A stretch of 64,000 bases of DNA from the NCBI GenBank assembly GCA_030141605.1, contig JAQGDQ010000917.1:1-64000 (forward strand). The letters are read 5' to 3'. The position numbers were made by a program, and so were the translations under genes. Below, piece by piece: positions 27,506-41,300 of the stretch (position 1 is the first letter of the stretch; the number at the start of each line of letters is the position of its first letter). This DNA is from Tubiluchus corallicola (taxonomy: Eukaryota > Animalia > Priapulida). The notes under the pieces were generated by a model. It had not been told where the DNA came from, made no database searches, and worked only from the letters and a program-made list of their open reading frames with translations.

Positions 27506-27556
27506 CTGATTTGGCTGATTCGCTTGCGCAAAACTGATTCCTGCATCAGCCCTCAT
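27506..27556 (-). CDS. Candidate upstream Rab3 exon adding an in-frame N-terminal extension MRADAGISFAQANQPNQ
   Basis: ATG follows an in-frame TGA, 17 codons, CAG|GTAAAT donor in phase 0, compatible with the acceptor abutting the Rab3 ATG. No transcript evidence. Confidence 0.3.
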
Positions 27557-29037
27557 AGTTCAACTGTTGCACACTTGGTGTCACCAGTGTCACATAAAAT
27601 TTCTACATAAGCTACTGAACAATTAGTGGTCACGCAGAGAATGACAGAAGCCACCACCAGGTAGAGCGTTTAGGAAAACTACTGTTAGTACTTAAACTGG
27701 TAAAAGTACAGAAAGAGAGAGCCAATGATCCCACCTGGTTAGTGAAATGCGAACTAGAATCTCCGCTGTCGGTGAATTACAGCTGACGTTACGTTAGTTT
27801 CTTCGTACTCTGAAACACAAACAAAAGAAGGTATAAAAACTGTTAAAATATAAATAGCAGGCTGTTTGATACGTTAAAGTCAAACTAAACTATAAAATAG
27901 CAGGCTGTTGGATCAGTTAAAGTCAAACTAAACTAAACTGTTTTTAAAATTTAAATTAGTTAACTTATCAAATGAGAACTATTATTCATTCAAGCATCAG
28001 CGGTTTCTGGACACAGCATGTAGACACGGCAGCTTCAGCAAGCACAAACCATGCATATTATTTTAATGACTTTGGTCTAAACATCACGTTCAAGGCTTCA
28101 GTTAGCGGCAAATGGCACCGACTGCTTTTAACGAACCAGTAAAACTTGATCAGCAGCCCAGCAGATTGTGAAACAGCTTTGGTACAATTTTTTGTAGCCA
28201 GCAAATTTAACTGAGACTCCAACGATTCAGGTCTTCAAACTTGTGGCCAGATGTTGTGTTTTAGCCCGTCCACACTGTCTTATTCACACTATCAGTGTCG
28301 TCAGTGTTGAATGACAGTGAAATTCGAATGTCATTCAAGTTTGACAATATTAAGCTGGTTTTGATTTTCGTCAGTGTCAGTCGTCATTCTCGGAACAAAC
28401 AGCCAATAATAATGCGCGCCGATAACCCAGCTAGAACAGTCCATTTATAGTGGGGTGCGTAAATGACCCATGTCACTAAAAACAACCGACTGTAAGCAAA
28501 AAGCGACTGAACAGATATTATAAGTGCGCGAGTGTAGAAGCTTTCTACAAGTAACTTTATTGTAAGTTTGTAGACTTCTACAGCGAAATGCATGGGAATT
28601 TGAGCTAGTGCTGTGGCGACTAACCTGCAAAAGCACGATTGCTTTGACAACCTATTCTTTTTGTATTATAAAGAGGTGCAAATTTGTCCAGTAATCTAAA
28701 AATTCATTTGTGCTTCTGCTTTTAATTCCCGGAATGTTTGATAGTAAATTCAGTTCTTTGCCGAAGTTATTTTTTCCTTGTTTTCTCTTTCCCTTTGCAG
28801 TTCACGGTAAAACAAAGTTCGTTTTCATACAAGCCGTTTTGCTGCTATTTCAGAAATGAAGAGAAGGTAAAGAATACCCCTTCAAGTAATAGTTATGCGC
28901 AAAATAACTCTCAGTAAAAGCTCATCACGTGGACAGAGTTCAGGGTTTCGAGTGCCATTCTTTTGAATGTCATTTTTTGAAACTTTAGTAATTTTGAATG
29001 GGACTAGGTATTAGTAGATGTTTTAACTTTTGTTTTA

Positions 29038-29551
29038 GACTACGGCCAAATCATGTTAACCAACGTAGAGCCTGATTAGTACTTGGATGGGTGACCGCCT
29101 AGGAATACCAGGTGCTGTAGGCTTGCAGGATGCCCACACTGTATCTCGAAACTAGGCGGAGGAGCTGCACAAGGCAGCCAACGGCTAGAGGGCAGAGGAG
29201 GTCAAGTGACCCAACTGCCATGTGTAGAGGAGTAAACCTTCCAAATCAGGAGTGGAGCCCCGAAGGCGGACCAGTGCACCATGCTCACTGACTCCGGCAG
29301 CTCCTGCAGCCAACCTGGTGCCAAACGTATCGCTCCGCTTTCCTTTGGACTACACCAGGGAGGAAGAGAGGGGGTTCCTGTTGTCTGGGCAACTCAGGAT
29401 CTCCATACACCTTGCCCAGGCATACGCCCTAGAGACGTTCAAGGATTGGATTGCTCAGCCACAGTCGACGCTGCAGCTCCATCAATGTGATCAATAATTG
29501 ACTCTCTTGGCACACAATCCATTGTCTTCCGATACAGAAGGATGCCAACAA
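29038..29551 (+). mobile_element. 5S rRNA-derived SINE, second copy with an internal deletion in the 5S head
   Basis: Collinear with 37855-38398. TSD-like taac(t/c)tttgtttt on both sides. Confidence 0.86.
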
Positions 29552-29760
29552 TAACCTTTGTTTTATAACACTTGGCTTTCCTCAAGTAAAATCTGGTTTT
29601 GTTCACACAAATCTTGCAGATCTGGTAGGTGTGGAGTCTTTATTTGATTCACAGCGAAACGAATGTTTCCTGGATGATCAACATCACCGAGACTCTGAAG
29701 GTCTGAAATGTTTTAGTACCATCACAAAAATGAGACGGCAAAATACAGTTGAAGTTATTA

Positions 29761-30617
29761 CAGTCAAACCTTGTCATAATGCCAGGTCTGGGACAGCACT
29801 AAATATGGCGCTATAGTGGGGTTGGCGGTAAGACGAGGTTCATGCCAAGTCTGGAACACCACTAAATATGGCGCTGTAGTGGAGTTGGCGGTAAGACGAG
29901 GTTCATTAAATATCAAAGCCATTCCAGTCTGTAACTCCTGTTTTGTTCCCTAGTTAATTTTAATGTTCGATAAATAGTATAATGTTATTATACGTATAAG
30001 AATACATGTGTTATATATTTTTACTGCATTAACAGAGCAGGTGTAGTTCTATGGTGGTGTTTGACTTAACACAACGTGGAGAAGCAATCTCGTGAAATAC
30101 TGCTTAATTAGCCTAAGTCATATGTACCCATGTAGCCCACCCACGCTCCCAACGTAATATTACTGAACAATTAGTACAATAAATAGCCTGCCGCATATAA
30201 CTTGACCTTGAGCTTTTACAACCGTTAAATTCACATCAGTTAAGTACTGGAACTTAGCTGCGCAACTCTTGTACTCTTAAAATGCATGTTCTTTGTTCAA
30301 AACATCAACATTCATTTTCATACAGTCATCTGTTACAAGACACAAATCTTAATTTAAACATCATAACTGTTTTTCTGTACAGAAGTCATTGTTTTTCTAC
30401 AATACTATGTTTTATAGGAACGATGCATTGTACTTTATCTTGGCTGGCATTATAACGGGGTAAATTTACTATATTACAATATACTTTTGGTGCGGCAGAT
30501 ACATTGGTGGATGGCGGTAGGCAGTATTTCCTATACTTAATATATTGGAACAGGGCAAAAGTTGGCTTTATGGCGAGGCTGGCACTATAACGGGTGGCGG
30601 AATAACGAAGTTCTACG
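29761..30617 (+). mobile_element. pogo/Tigger-like MITE (TA TSD)
   Basis: ta|cagtcaaacc left end, repeated ggc..tataacg subterminal motifs and a degenerate right end. Confidence 0.5.
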
Positions 30618-31584
30618 TAGATACAAATGAGCAAATTCAGCACCATTCGTTCGGGTAGTACAGGCAGTCTGTTCAAATAAACAGTGTTTGGAAAATGAAA
30701 ATTGAATTCAAAGTTTGTAGTAAAGATAATAATAATAAATAATAATTTCTGCTTTTTTGCCTACTATGTATGAAAGCCAGTTAGCCTACTGACGAATTAA
30801 TATTAATAATATAATAATCTCTATTACGTCTCACTTCAATCATTTTACTACGTATCACTATATGTCGCCACTGACACTGCAACTATCCAGTTTATTATTA
30901 TAAATTTGTATTCTGTTAATACGGGCCAATGGTAATTGGTACTGGCGTTTACATTTGTAAAACTTTCGGGTCTTACTGATTATTCTAAAATCGGTGTTTC
31001 CGCAGTACCACTCTACCAACTAGTAGGCACTCAAATAGTTTAAGTGCAAGGTACGATACACTGAATCACTTTTACAACTGATCACTTTACAATATTTGAC
31101 ACTTGTTGAAATCTGAAGTTATTGAATTTCTTTTTAGTAGTCGAGTAGCCCTTCTCTAGCTTGATGCACTTGTAGCAAGGTTTGCCCAGACATCGTGTAA
31201 GCATGTGAAGTTTAACACAATACTTATTTACCTTTCTAAAATTAGACCAGGTTTAGTTGAAAAATAGCACAAATTATTACGATTTCATTGACGACTGGTG
31301 AAAACCTACAGCTTGCGAACATCGATAAAAAATCGACAGAAGCCGCAAGCGCAATTTCACAATTTGACCAAAACACTAGTCTCATACGTCACACCATTTT
31401 TTTAACAGCACTAGTAATCACTAACACCGACTTCGACAATAAAAATTAAAAATGAGCATCAGCAAAATTTAGAGCACGTTAGAGAATTTTAAAGCAAACA
31501 TAATCTTATTCGCCTGAGAAGTCGAGCTATTAGAATATTACCATAAATTACTGAAGATTGACAGGGCAATGCCTAAATAGCTTT

Positions 31585-31993
31585 TAGGGGTGAGCATCGA
31601 ATGTTCGAGTTCAAATCGAATTCGAACGTTCGAAATCAAAACAAACGAGTTTTTTTAGTTCGAATTCGATACGAATCTAAAATTATAAATTGCAATAATT
31701 CAGGATTTCAGCCACATACGTTCTTTATCATTAAAATTTTTGAAACAGTATGCAATTAGCGCAATTTAGCTGAAGTTTCCGTTAAAATTTTTTAGCAAAC
31801 TGATTTTACTGCAGAAGAAAATCAGATAATGTGCATAATCTTTGTAAGACCACTTTTTACTAGTGGTTCGAAAATCTTTCAAACTCAATTCGAATTTGAT
31901 TTGGAAATACTGAAACTGTGTTCAATTCGAGTTCGAAAACCACAAATTTGTTTTGACTCCAATTTGCTTTCTGTTAGAGAATGCTCACCCCAA
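31585..31993 (+). mobile_element. hAT-like MITE with ttcgaa-rich subtermini
   Basis: taggggtgagcat...atgctcaccccaa, with degenerate 8-bp flanks atagcttt / ctagctgt. Confidence 0.65.
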
Positions 31994-32359
31994 CTAGCTG
32001 TATGTAAGCTTTTTTAGCATAGTCATATCACTCGTTATACCTCTGTTAATTGTTTCATCCCATGTTTTCTTTCTCGTGTTTTATATCTATGTTTTCTGTC
32101 AAGGTTTTGTCTCTCTAGTGTAAGTGCCCCCAACCAGCGGTTGAATAATATAGTACAGTTTAGTATAGTAGTTTATTTCATCCATCTCAAGTAATATACA
32201 TAACAAGGTCAATAATAAGAATACAGGAACACCATTACTTGGAATGCTAGTAATGGTATTGTGAGAAAGCAAGGTCAGTGGTGGTATGGCAAAAGGGTCA
32301 GAACTGTTGGTTTGTGACAAGTTGGAAATGATGGTTGCAGAAAGGTTGGACTTTTAAAA

Positions 32360-33330
32360 GATGTTTAGAGTCCACTCACTCAGGCTGGAATGGATAATAG
32401 AACTTCGTTGGATAGTCTTTACAGTGCATGCCTAGTTTCTTAAATTGATATACTGATATTGTGCTCCATATTGATGTAGTGAGGGATTCCAATCTTTATC
32501 ACTTGCAAAATAAATCCGTTCTTGTTTCTACATCTGGGCTTTGTGACCTGTTGTCCCGCTCCATTAGGATCAGTTGGAAAATGTTTTCTGCTTCTGATTA
32601 TTGTGTGGTTGTTGCACATACGAAACGGCATAATTTGGTAACCTCTTTTTCTTGTGAAAAGTATGGATGGTAACTTCAATCTCTGCTTATGATAGATTTT
32701 TAATTGTTGACTTTCTTATTGACTTTCCGTTGAATAGATTCTACCTTGTGTATTGCTTGAAATTTGGATAGACACCAAATTATGTCACTGCAGTCCAGTA
32801 TTGGTCATATAAATGTTTTGTTGAAAGTAGCCATCATATCAGTTCCACATAGGTGAAAGAGCACCCAATCACCCATAATTGTTGACTAGCTCATTTGGAT
32901 ATTTCATCCATTGTGTTCATCAAATGCGAGAAACTGGTCAGTCACAATACCTAAGTCTTTCTGTCTTGTTACTGCTATTATTGGAACTGACTGATTTGTG
33001 AGTGTAGTAGCTGTGACTTACGTTTCATTCCCTAGATGAAGGATGTAACATTTTTCCACTTTGAAAGACATTAATTTTGCCAAGCTTGTATCCATGTATC
33101 TAATAAGTTAATGTCATTTTGAAGTTCACGGTAGTCTATATCTGACCTCATTATCCCCTCGATTTTTGTATCATCTGCAGACATTGTCACTGATGAATTT
33201 AAATTATCTGGTAAATTGCTGATGAACATAAGGAATAGTATACGCCCTAACACACTTCCTTGTGGCACTTCATTCTTGACAGGTCTACACTAACATTTCT
33301 CAGAGATGATTCTATCGCATTGTGAAAATC
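32360..33330 (-). mobile_element. Decayed CR1-clade LINE reverse transcriptase fragment
   Basis: VPQGSVLG.ILFLMFI..LP, ADDTKI, LQNDI and KDLGI motifs on the minus strand. Confidence 0.85.
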
Positions 33331-35640
33331 TAGAAATATTTTTTGGAATTTGGGTAAAAAACCCCAGCTAAATTCCAAAGAATATTTGCATATTTCCATA
33401 TATACATATATGTGACACCACCTAGTGCTTTAGAATGTATGCATAAACTATAACTCAAAAATACAAAAATTTATATTAAAAAATGTACATAAGCAGTAAG
33501 TATTGATTGGCAATTGTAATCTTGTCTGATCTTTTTCTAAAATGTAAATGTTCGCGCTATAAGATTCTTCAATTCAGTCAACAATGTGAGACGTACACTA
33601 CAAATGTAAGAAATTAGCCATCTTGAATCTTCACTCACTAATTCTAAAAACTCAAAATCTCAACTAGAATAGTCACACAGCTAGAGCATTTGCGAAGCAA
33701 TGTCCATTTAATTACATAACAGAACAAAGGTGGTAAATGTGCAGGAATTTTTATGTCAGTATGATTAATGGTAAATAATTAAAATAAAGCACCTGTGTTG
33801 GCAGTGATTTCTAATGTTTGTATGCGGGCAAGCAGCTTCATAGCTCTCGTGGCATCAAATGTTACTTACCAGTATGTCTCAGAGGAACTATGAAGTCTTT
33901 CCCAAATTCTGATTGTTTGAAAGCAAAGAACATAATAAGTATGGCAGGGACGGTGCATGGGATTTGCACATATATAAATAATATAAAGTAGAAATAAAAT
34001 TGGTCCAAGTTTGGATTGGGCCTTATTTTATTACCCCTGATGGTGGACCAAGAATATTTAGCTCTGTTGATGGATGATGGATATTATCAAGCCAAAGTAT
34101 TAAACAGTGTGAATCAGCAATTAGGAATCTATCATGGCCTCAACATTTTAGTGTGAAGTGTGGTGAAAGCCTCCCCGAACGCATGCCTGCACTCTGCAAA
34201 CAGCCTGCTACAGAAAGGGTGTTACCAGAGCATCAAACTGAATGGTCTGAAAATTCACTTGACTTCAAACCCATCATTCAGATTGGAGCTATCATGACAT
34301 TCATGAAGTACAGAGCTAAGTGGAAACCAGGCTGATCCAAGAAAACACCATTGATCGGATTTCAAAAGAGAAACTTGTGACACATCTGCAAGATGCACCG
34401 GAGCATGTTGAGCTTGACCATGGTCTCTCTGAGTTTCAAATACTATCCTTGGAAACGCAGGCTGTTAGACATTCTATAAATTATCTGCTACAAGTACTCG
34501 ATCGCTGTTTGCCCTCTCCCCCCAAGGCCATTAACAAAATTAACGTTTATGTTACACCGTGTTTTTCCAAGCTGTTATATTATTACAATATGAATTCATT
34601 ATCTTTTATGTTTTTTCTGTGCTGTGGTTTCCATAGTACAAACAAGTACAGTACAAAGTTTATTGATTTTTGAACTACGTGTACGTAGATTAAAAATGTG
34701 GGGCTAAAAAAACTCGCTTGATTTGACCTGATATAAGAATGCGCGAATTAGTTTTCTGCGCGCGATATATGGATTACGTGAGAGTTGCGTCATGCTGAAT
34801 GCTGGCTGCAAACTGCAGAGTGCAAATTTACGTAAAGTACATAGCTTGCATACTATTGAATATGATGTCAGGCAAATTTTAATGCAAATTACTGGTATTT
34901 TGAAATGGAACCATGACTATAACAAAAGGAAAAGACGGACGAGGAATGGAGGAAAACGCAAATTCATGGCAAGTGCAAATTCAATTGTTCAATTTAATGC
35001 TCCCTAGTATTTAATCAGTGATCATGGCAGTTCAGTTTTACGGAGTATATTTACGGTGGTTCCCTGTTGAGCATCAAGCTTAGTGGAGAGGTTCAGTCAT
35101 TCAATTAAAATTAAATTGATTGAATTGATGGCACAAATTGCCACAGCCGTTTCCGCGCCTTCTTTAGACATGTCGTGTTCGAAGTTGACCAGAATTTGTC
35201 TTGAACTTTAAGGAGTCTAAACTTGCATGTTTGAAGTAATGATATTGAATTTGGCATTCGTCTATAAAATAAAAATAAGATAATGCTATCCAAGGCCCAC
35301 CAGGTCGATCTAGATGCAGTGCCCAATCACATCGAATAGAACGTTTACCTAAGTTTCGTGTATAGCCATACTGAAAAATGATTTTAGAGGGGATATTTAC
35401 CTTTTGACCTTAACCCTATAACTAAGAACTATTGCAACTATATGCCAACATGAATTGAACTATTTATAAGCACATGCATGGATTATTAATTAGCAAGTGT
35501 GATAAATTTAGAAAAGTTGGCAAGTTTTTTTTATAGAATACTTTGAATGATGCTCTCTGTACAGCAAAGTAAATGTAGCAACAAATAGAACATTGAATGT
35601 AGCATTGTAGCTGTGTAAGTGGGCTTATACAAGACTGCGT

Positions 35641-35833
35641 CACATGACAGTGGGCTTATACAAGCCTTTGTTTCTCGATCCCACTGCAGTACAATTATTC
35701 TTTTATGATAACGATAGTGTATGAAACATAACAATTTAATACAGTAGATGTAACAATTTTGATGTCACTGTGTGCTTAATGTCATTATATTGTACTGAAT
35801 ATGATGATAATAATAAATCAATAAATAAAAATA
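35641..35833 (+). mobile_element. LINE/SINE-like 3' end with hairpin and A-rich tail; second copy at 40153-40345
   Basis: Two near-identical copies of about 190 bp with a ggctt-atac-aagcc stem-loop and AATAAA/A-rich end. Confidence 0.6.
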
Positions 35834-36127
35834 AGACGGCCGTACTATATAAGTCATTCCAACGTTGCATCTAATGTGGTTATCGCTGCCGCATGAAATT
35901 CTATGTATTTAACATGATCATTAATCTTAAACTGTGTCGCTGCAGATTGAGTAAGGTTTTCTTGGTAAGTTTAGCTGATTTTAACAAGAAAAGTACTATG
36001 TTGGTTAACGAACTGGGTTAAATCGAACCAAATGGTTCGGCAATTCGATTCAGCTTGATCCGGCAGTTTGAATGTTGTGACTTTTACCTGTGTCGATGTG
36101 CTGCAGCGTTAAATTAAACTGATTTAA

Positions 36128-36666
36128 AAGAAAACCAATGATTGATTAGATTCAATCTCATGTTAATTTATTGTCTAAAATATACATTTTCTTGCGTATA
36201 AAAGTTAGCAATTGTTTCTAATATTTAATTAATTACCTTGGAAAGTTAATTAACAGCATCCGAACACAGGTATCGCTTACATCATAACTAACCACAGTTT
36301 GTGCAATAGTACGCATCTTCCCTGTGCGTCAAGCACATTTGTGTAAGCGAAGAAGCGTAATGTTGACTTGATGTCAGGAAAATGAGCTGTATGTCACACT
36401 AACGTCACAGATAAACGCTGTAGTTCATGATCGTGCTTATCACGGTACCGCTCCTATTTGTCAGCCGCGCGAATGTGACAAAAATGCGCCATTGCCAGTC
36501 TTAGTGGATTCGCTGTGACGCATGTAGCTTTGAAAGTTTAACAAAATTTAACTATCCGAGGAAATTATTATTCAGTCTAAGGTTTGATCCAAAGAAAACT
36601 GTCGTAGCCTTCAATATAACATACTTTATTTATAAACTAATGTTTACACAATTGCCCGGTTTTCCT
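36128..36666 (+). mobile_element. Kolobok-like element B copy
   Basis: ttaa|aagaaaacc...ccggttttcct|ttag, collinear with 19580-20114. Confidence 0.75.
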
Positions 36667-37854
36667 TTAGTAGTTTCAATGGGTTATGCAGCTCATTTGG
36701 TTGAAAACGTAAAATATATGCAAATATGTATCACATATGATGTAATTTTGCTGTTATACCGATTATCCATTAATACAATCTGGTAAAGAAGTGTTTGTAC
36801 TGTTGGTTCCAAAGGACCATTTCTCAGCTCTTCTTAAAGGCTAAAGAAGTGCTTCAAGCAAAATGAGAACTATTGCTCGATTAACCTTTTTTTCTAACAG
36901 TTACCTGTGGCTTGCTAGCAATTATCTAAACAGGCAGTGCAATAGGTAAATTGGATGGAGTGTCCACTCAGAAAATCTAAAAGAGGTCATGGTGCCTCTT
37001 GCAATACACAAATTTAGTACATCTTAGGGTTGCAGTGGTCAAAATAGTTGTGAAAGTCATGTTTGAAGTTGTAGATCACTCACTTTGTTATGATTGAGTT
37101 TAAGCAGAAGTATGAACAAGAATAAAAAAATCTATAATACATATTTGCACTGCACACAACAGAAAAGTGTTTATTAAAACTACAGACACATGAGTAGCAT
37201 GACTGCTGCACTGAACACTGAGAGTGAGAGTGACTAGAAAGCAAAACCAGTCAGTATATATAGGTATAGGTGACCTATGCAGACTTGCACAGGCTTCACA
37301 ACAACCATTACTTTAAAATAGGGAGAGAACCAGTGAATATGCATTCACTGGACCATACAATTATACTGGGAGTAAGTCAGCTGGTAGAATGTAACGGGAT
37401 TAGCCCATAGATGGCAGCACCTAATTATAATGTACAATTCCACCTTCCACAATAGTGAAATAATTAGGTTTCTCATTTTCCGGCTCTTCCTTTGCCTCCA
37501 GGGAACAGTCCAACATTCCGATTTGTAAAACACGTGGTAAAGATTAGAGAAGTTTGGAAAAGAGGAAAGAAACACCGTGATCCATTGATGGTGGCGGATC
37601 CGCTTATATTAAATCTAATGAAACTTTAAAGCGTCAGCGCTCCTAATCCCAGAGTGGCTCCCAACTTTCTAATGAGTGATTTAGTTGTAGTAAAAGCTAT
37701 CCATTGTAAACAAATTAAGTATATCATGCTCGATAGACACAAGTTTAACTGCTTTGTATAAGCTTGGTATTGTTCCTCAAAAATTACATTGCAAGAAAAT
37801 TCTGATATGACAAACGAACATATACATGACTATTTCCTACCAGTAACAGAAAAA

Positions 37855-38398
37855 TGTACGGCCATATCACATTGAAAACACCGGTTCTCGTTTGATCACC
37901 GAAGTTAAGCAACGTAGAGCCTGGTTAGTTCTTGGATGGGTGACCACCTGGGAATACCAGGTGCTGTGGACTTGTGGGATGCCAACACTGTATCTTGACA
38001 CTAGGAGCTGCACAAGCAGCCAACAGCTAGAGGGCAGAGGAGGTCAAGTGACCCACCGGCCATGTGTAGAAGAGTAGACCTTCCAAATCAGGAGTGGAGC
38101 CCCGAAAGCGGACCAGTGCAGCATGCTCACTGACTCCGGCAGCTCCTGCAGCCAACCTGGTGCCAAACGTATCGCCCCGCTTTCCTTTGGACTTACACCA
38201 GGGAGGAAGAGAGGGGGTTCTTGTTGTCTGGGCAACGCAGGATCTCCATACACCTTGCCCAGGTGTGCGCCCTGAAGACGTTCAAGGATCGCACTGCTCA
38301 GCCACAGTCGACGCTGCAGCTCCATCAATGTGATCAATAACTGACTCTCTTGGCGCACACTCCATTGTCTTCCGAGACAGAAGGATGCCAACAACATG
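37855..38398 (+). mobile_element. 5S rRNA-derived SINE (SINE3-type), full-length copy with probable RTE-related body and tail
   Basis: Near-complete 5S rRNA head (37855-37973) with no oligo-T terminator, about 420-bp body, (CAA) tail, and TSD aacagaaaaa at 37845-37854 and 38399-38408. Second copy at 29038. Confidence 0.88.
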
Positions 38399-41300
38399 AA
38401 CAGAAAAAACTATTTTATAAAAAAGTACTCCCTATAGAGCTACTCCGTATAATCTCATTTGAGACGGTGTAAGATGCTGTTCAAAGCAATTACTATTGTA
38501 CAAAAGTTGATAATAAACTCTGCAATTTGGCAAAAACATTGTCACATAATGCAAAATATTCTTGCGTCTATATCTTTGGCCCTGGCGATGTGCAGAAATC
38601 AGTTAATATGATTTGTTTTGTAGGTGTCATATATGGTAGACGTGTATCCTGTCTGTACACTTGTGTTTGTCATACCAACTTGGAATTTCCAGTGACGTGT
38701 AAGAGAACAAATATTGTGTAGTTGTTTTCCGTCCATAGTACATTTATGACCTTTGGCTTGGGCTCACAAATGCCCCCACTGCCCTCAAGCTAGGCACTGT
38801 TTGTAGGCCTATCTTGCTAGTGTAAGACGTCAAAAGATCAGTTGATGGAAGTTCAATGAATTAATAAAGTAAGACTTTGCTTATATGTAAAATTGTCTGT
38901 GGTCAAATTGTTTGTGAATATTTTGATGATTTACAGTGATGCAGTCGGTTTGCCGCAAGAGCTGGTACTTGACAAACTTTCACTGAAAACCAGGACAAGT
39001 CTGTTGATCTTGTATGGGCCGCCTGTGTAAGAAATGTTCCACTCTGCAGCCTGAAAATAAGAAACTGCTACTGTATCAGTAGTGGGACCTTTCCACTTTG
39101 GTGTTTTGCTGTTACTAAACCTAAAAATTGTCAAGATTTTAGCCATTAACTTATGCTAATAACTGCTTATGCTTAATGAAGCTAAATAAGACTTTATTAG
39201 GCGAAAAAGTGAGAACTTTTCAACAATTAGGAGCAAAAGGCCGAGAGGGTGCTTGGATGACCCGTTGAGTGGGTGTTTTTTCTACTAAATAAGGAATGTT
39301 TCCACTGATTTAATAAATTTGAAATTCAGAGTGACTTTGTTATGGATAGTGACATTTTGTGACTACAATGGTAGCAAGGTGTCTTGGAAGTCAGCATACA
39401 CTTTATATTTGTTATGATTTTTTTTACTAAAGAATAACAAAATGCTTGAGAATTTGTATCTATGAATTAAAACGTAAGGCATTTCTGGAAGGCTTCTGTA
39501 TTTTCGCAACCTTCTTGAAGGCACTTCTAACATTTCTAATTATTTCTAACATAAGTAAGCATTTCCACGTAAATGTTTGTAAAACAGTCTCTAATTGTTA
39601 TTTTGAGATCACGAAGGACGATTGAAGGTGCCTTGGCCTTTTTGTCTAGATTTTAGCCTGCTTGTAAAAAATGCCCAGAAGTGGAAAGAGCCACAGTGAC
39701 CAATTCAGTAGGAAGTCTGGTATGTTGCTTTGAGCAGGTGTTTTGTGAGTAGTGAGGAAGAGATATACTTTGTTGCAAAACTACAGTGAGTCACTGTATG
39801 GTTCCACATGCTGTTCTAAATGTCGGCAGCACTCTGGTATGACATAAATGATGAATTAAAAACTGTTCACCCAATTCAAAAATTTAAATGCAAATACAGA
39901 GCAATGATTCTCAACAAGTACAACACTTCCTAATTTCCCACACCTACTGCAGCAGTCATACCACAATCCTGGCACAGATTATGCAAAACAAGGCATCATT
40001 GATAAATCTTTAGAGCTGATGTCAACATAGCACAATGTACTATCTTTCTTCCTACAGTTTCCACTAACACATCCTTCTACCCTTCCTGTGTGATCTAACC
40101 TTTCTCCCAGTTCTTTTTTTGTTCACTCATCCATTCTTTTTTTTATCGGGTTCACATGACAGTGGGCTTATACAAGCCTTTGCTTCTCTAGCCCACTGCA
40201 GTACAATTATTCTTTTATGATAACGATAGTGTATGAAACATAACAATTTAATACAGTATGATGTAATAATTTTGATGTCACTGTGTGCTTAATGTCATTA
40301 TATTGTACTGAATGTGATAATAATAATAAATAAAAATATAAAAAACTCCAGGTTGTAACTGATGGGACTTCTTGTTGGGTAGATGGGCTGAGACTTTGTA
40401 TCTCATTTGTTTGTTGTAGTAATTGGATTTTAATTAAAAGTTAAATAACAAGAATGGCCAGAGACCGCTTCTGATTCATGCCACGGGTCCAACGCTTGTT
40501 ATCATTAGATGAAAAATCAGAAATAAAAGTGTGTGCTGATTTTTGAGACACCCTATATGTTTTCCGTGAATGTTGCTAAATGCGTCGTGTTTTCTGTCAC
40601 TGCTGAACGATAATCGTCTGTGATTTTCGTATTTAACATGTGCATGAAATTATTATGGAAGATGGAAAATTATGTTACAGACAACACTTTCGTATTACAC
40701 AGAACGTCAGTGTTATAATAAGTCAGTGACCTAATTATGAAGGCTTGTTATGGAAATTCTTTTACTTGTAGCTCTGTTATAAAACTGTAAGTTGCGTAAC
40801 GTTTCTGCGTCAAAGCTGACATTTTGTCCCCTTTATTACTATCCCCCACTTTATCGTAGACGTGCGCATGCGTAGTAGTAATTAGTTACAACATTTCTTA
40901 GTATTGCAGCAGGCAGACAGCAGTCGCAGTGCATTTTGCGTTTATTTGGCTAAGGAAGAAACCTCAAGATAGTGAAAGCTAACAGGTGTGTATCGCGCGC
41001 AGACTTGTGATTGGTGTGCTCTAATGCCAGTAACCTTATTTTATCTATGATGAATCATCCTCGCCTGAGCATAGCAGCCCTAGCATGCAGTCCACGTGTA
41101 TCGGTAGCAGTATCTTGTGATGAGTTGTCACTGTGCGCATTGCAGTAGTAGTAGCTGAGCGCGTGAACTGAGCTTTGCAGATTCGTGTATCTAAGTAACA
41201 TTTTGTGTTGAATTTAATTAACGGACACGTACTTAAATGTACATTCTTTCCAGTCTGTTATAAATTTGGTGAGCAGTGTTATTCATTTGCAAACTTGCTT

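Noticed and set aside
34153-34673. 60-aa and 117-aa ORFs in unique-looking sequence
   Set aside because: No recognisable motif and no consistent splice structure.
37855-37973. Functional 5S rRNA gene
   Set aside because: Several substitutions, no oligo-T terminator, fused to a body shared with 29038-29551 and flanked by a TSD, so it is a SINE head.
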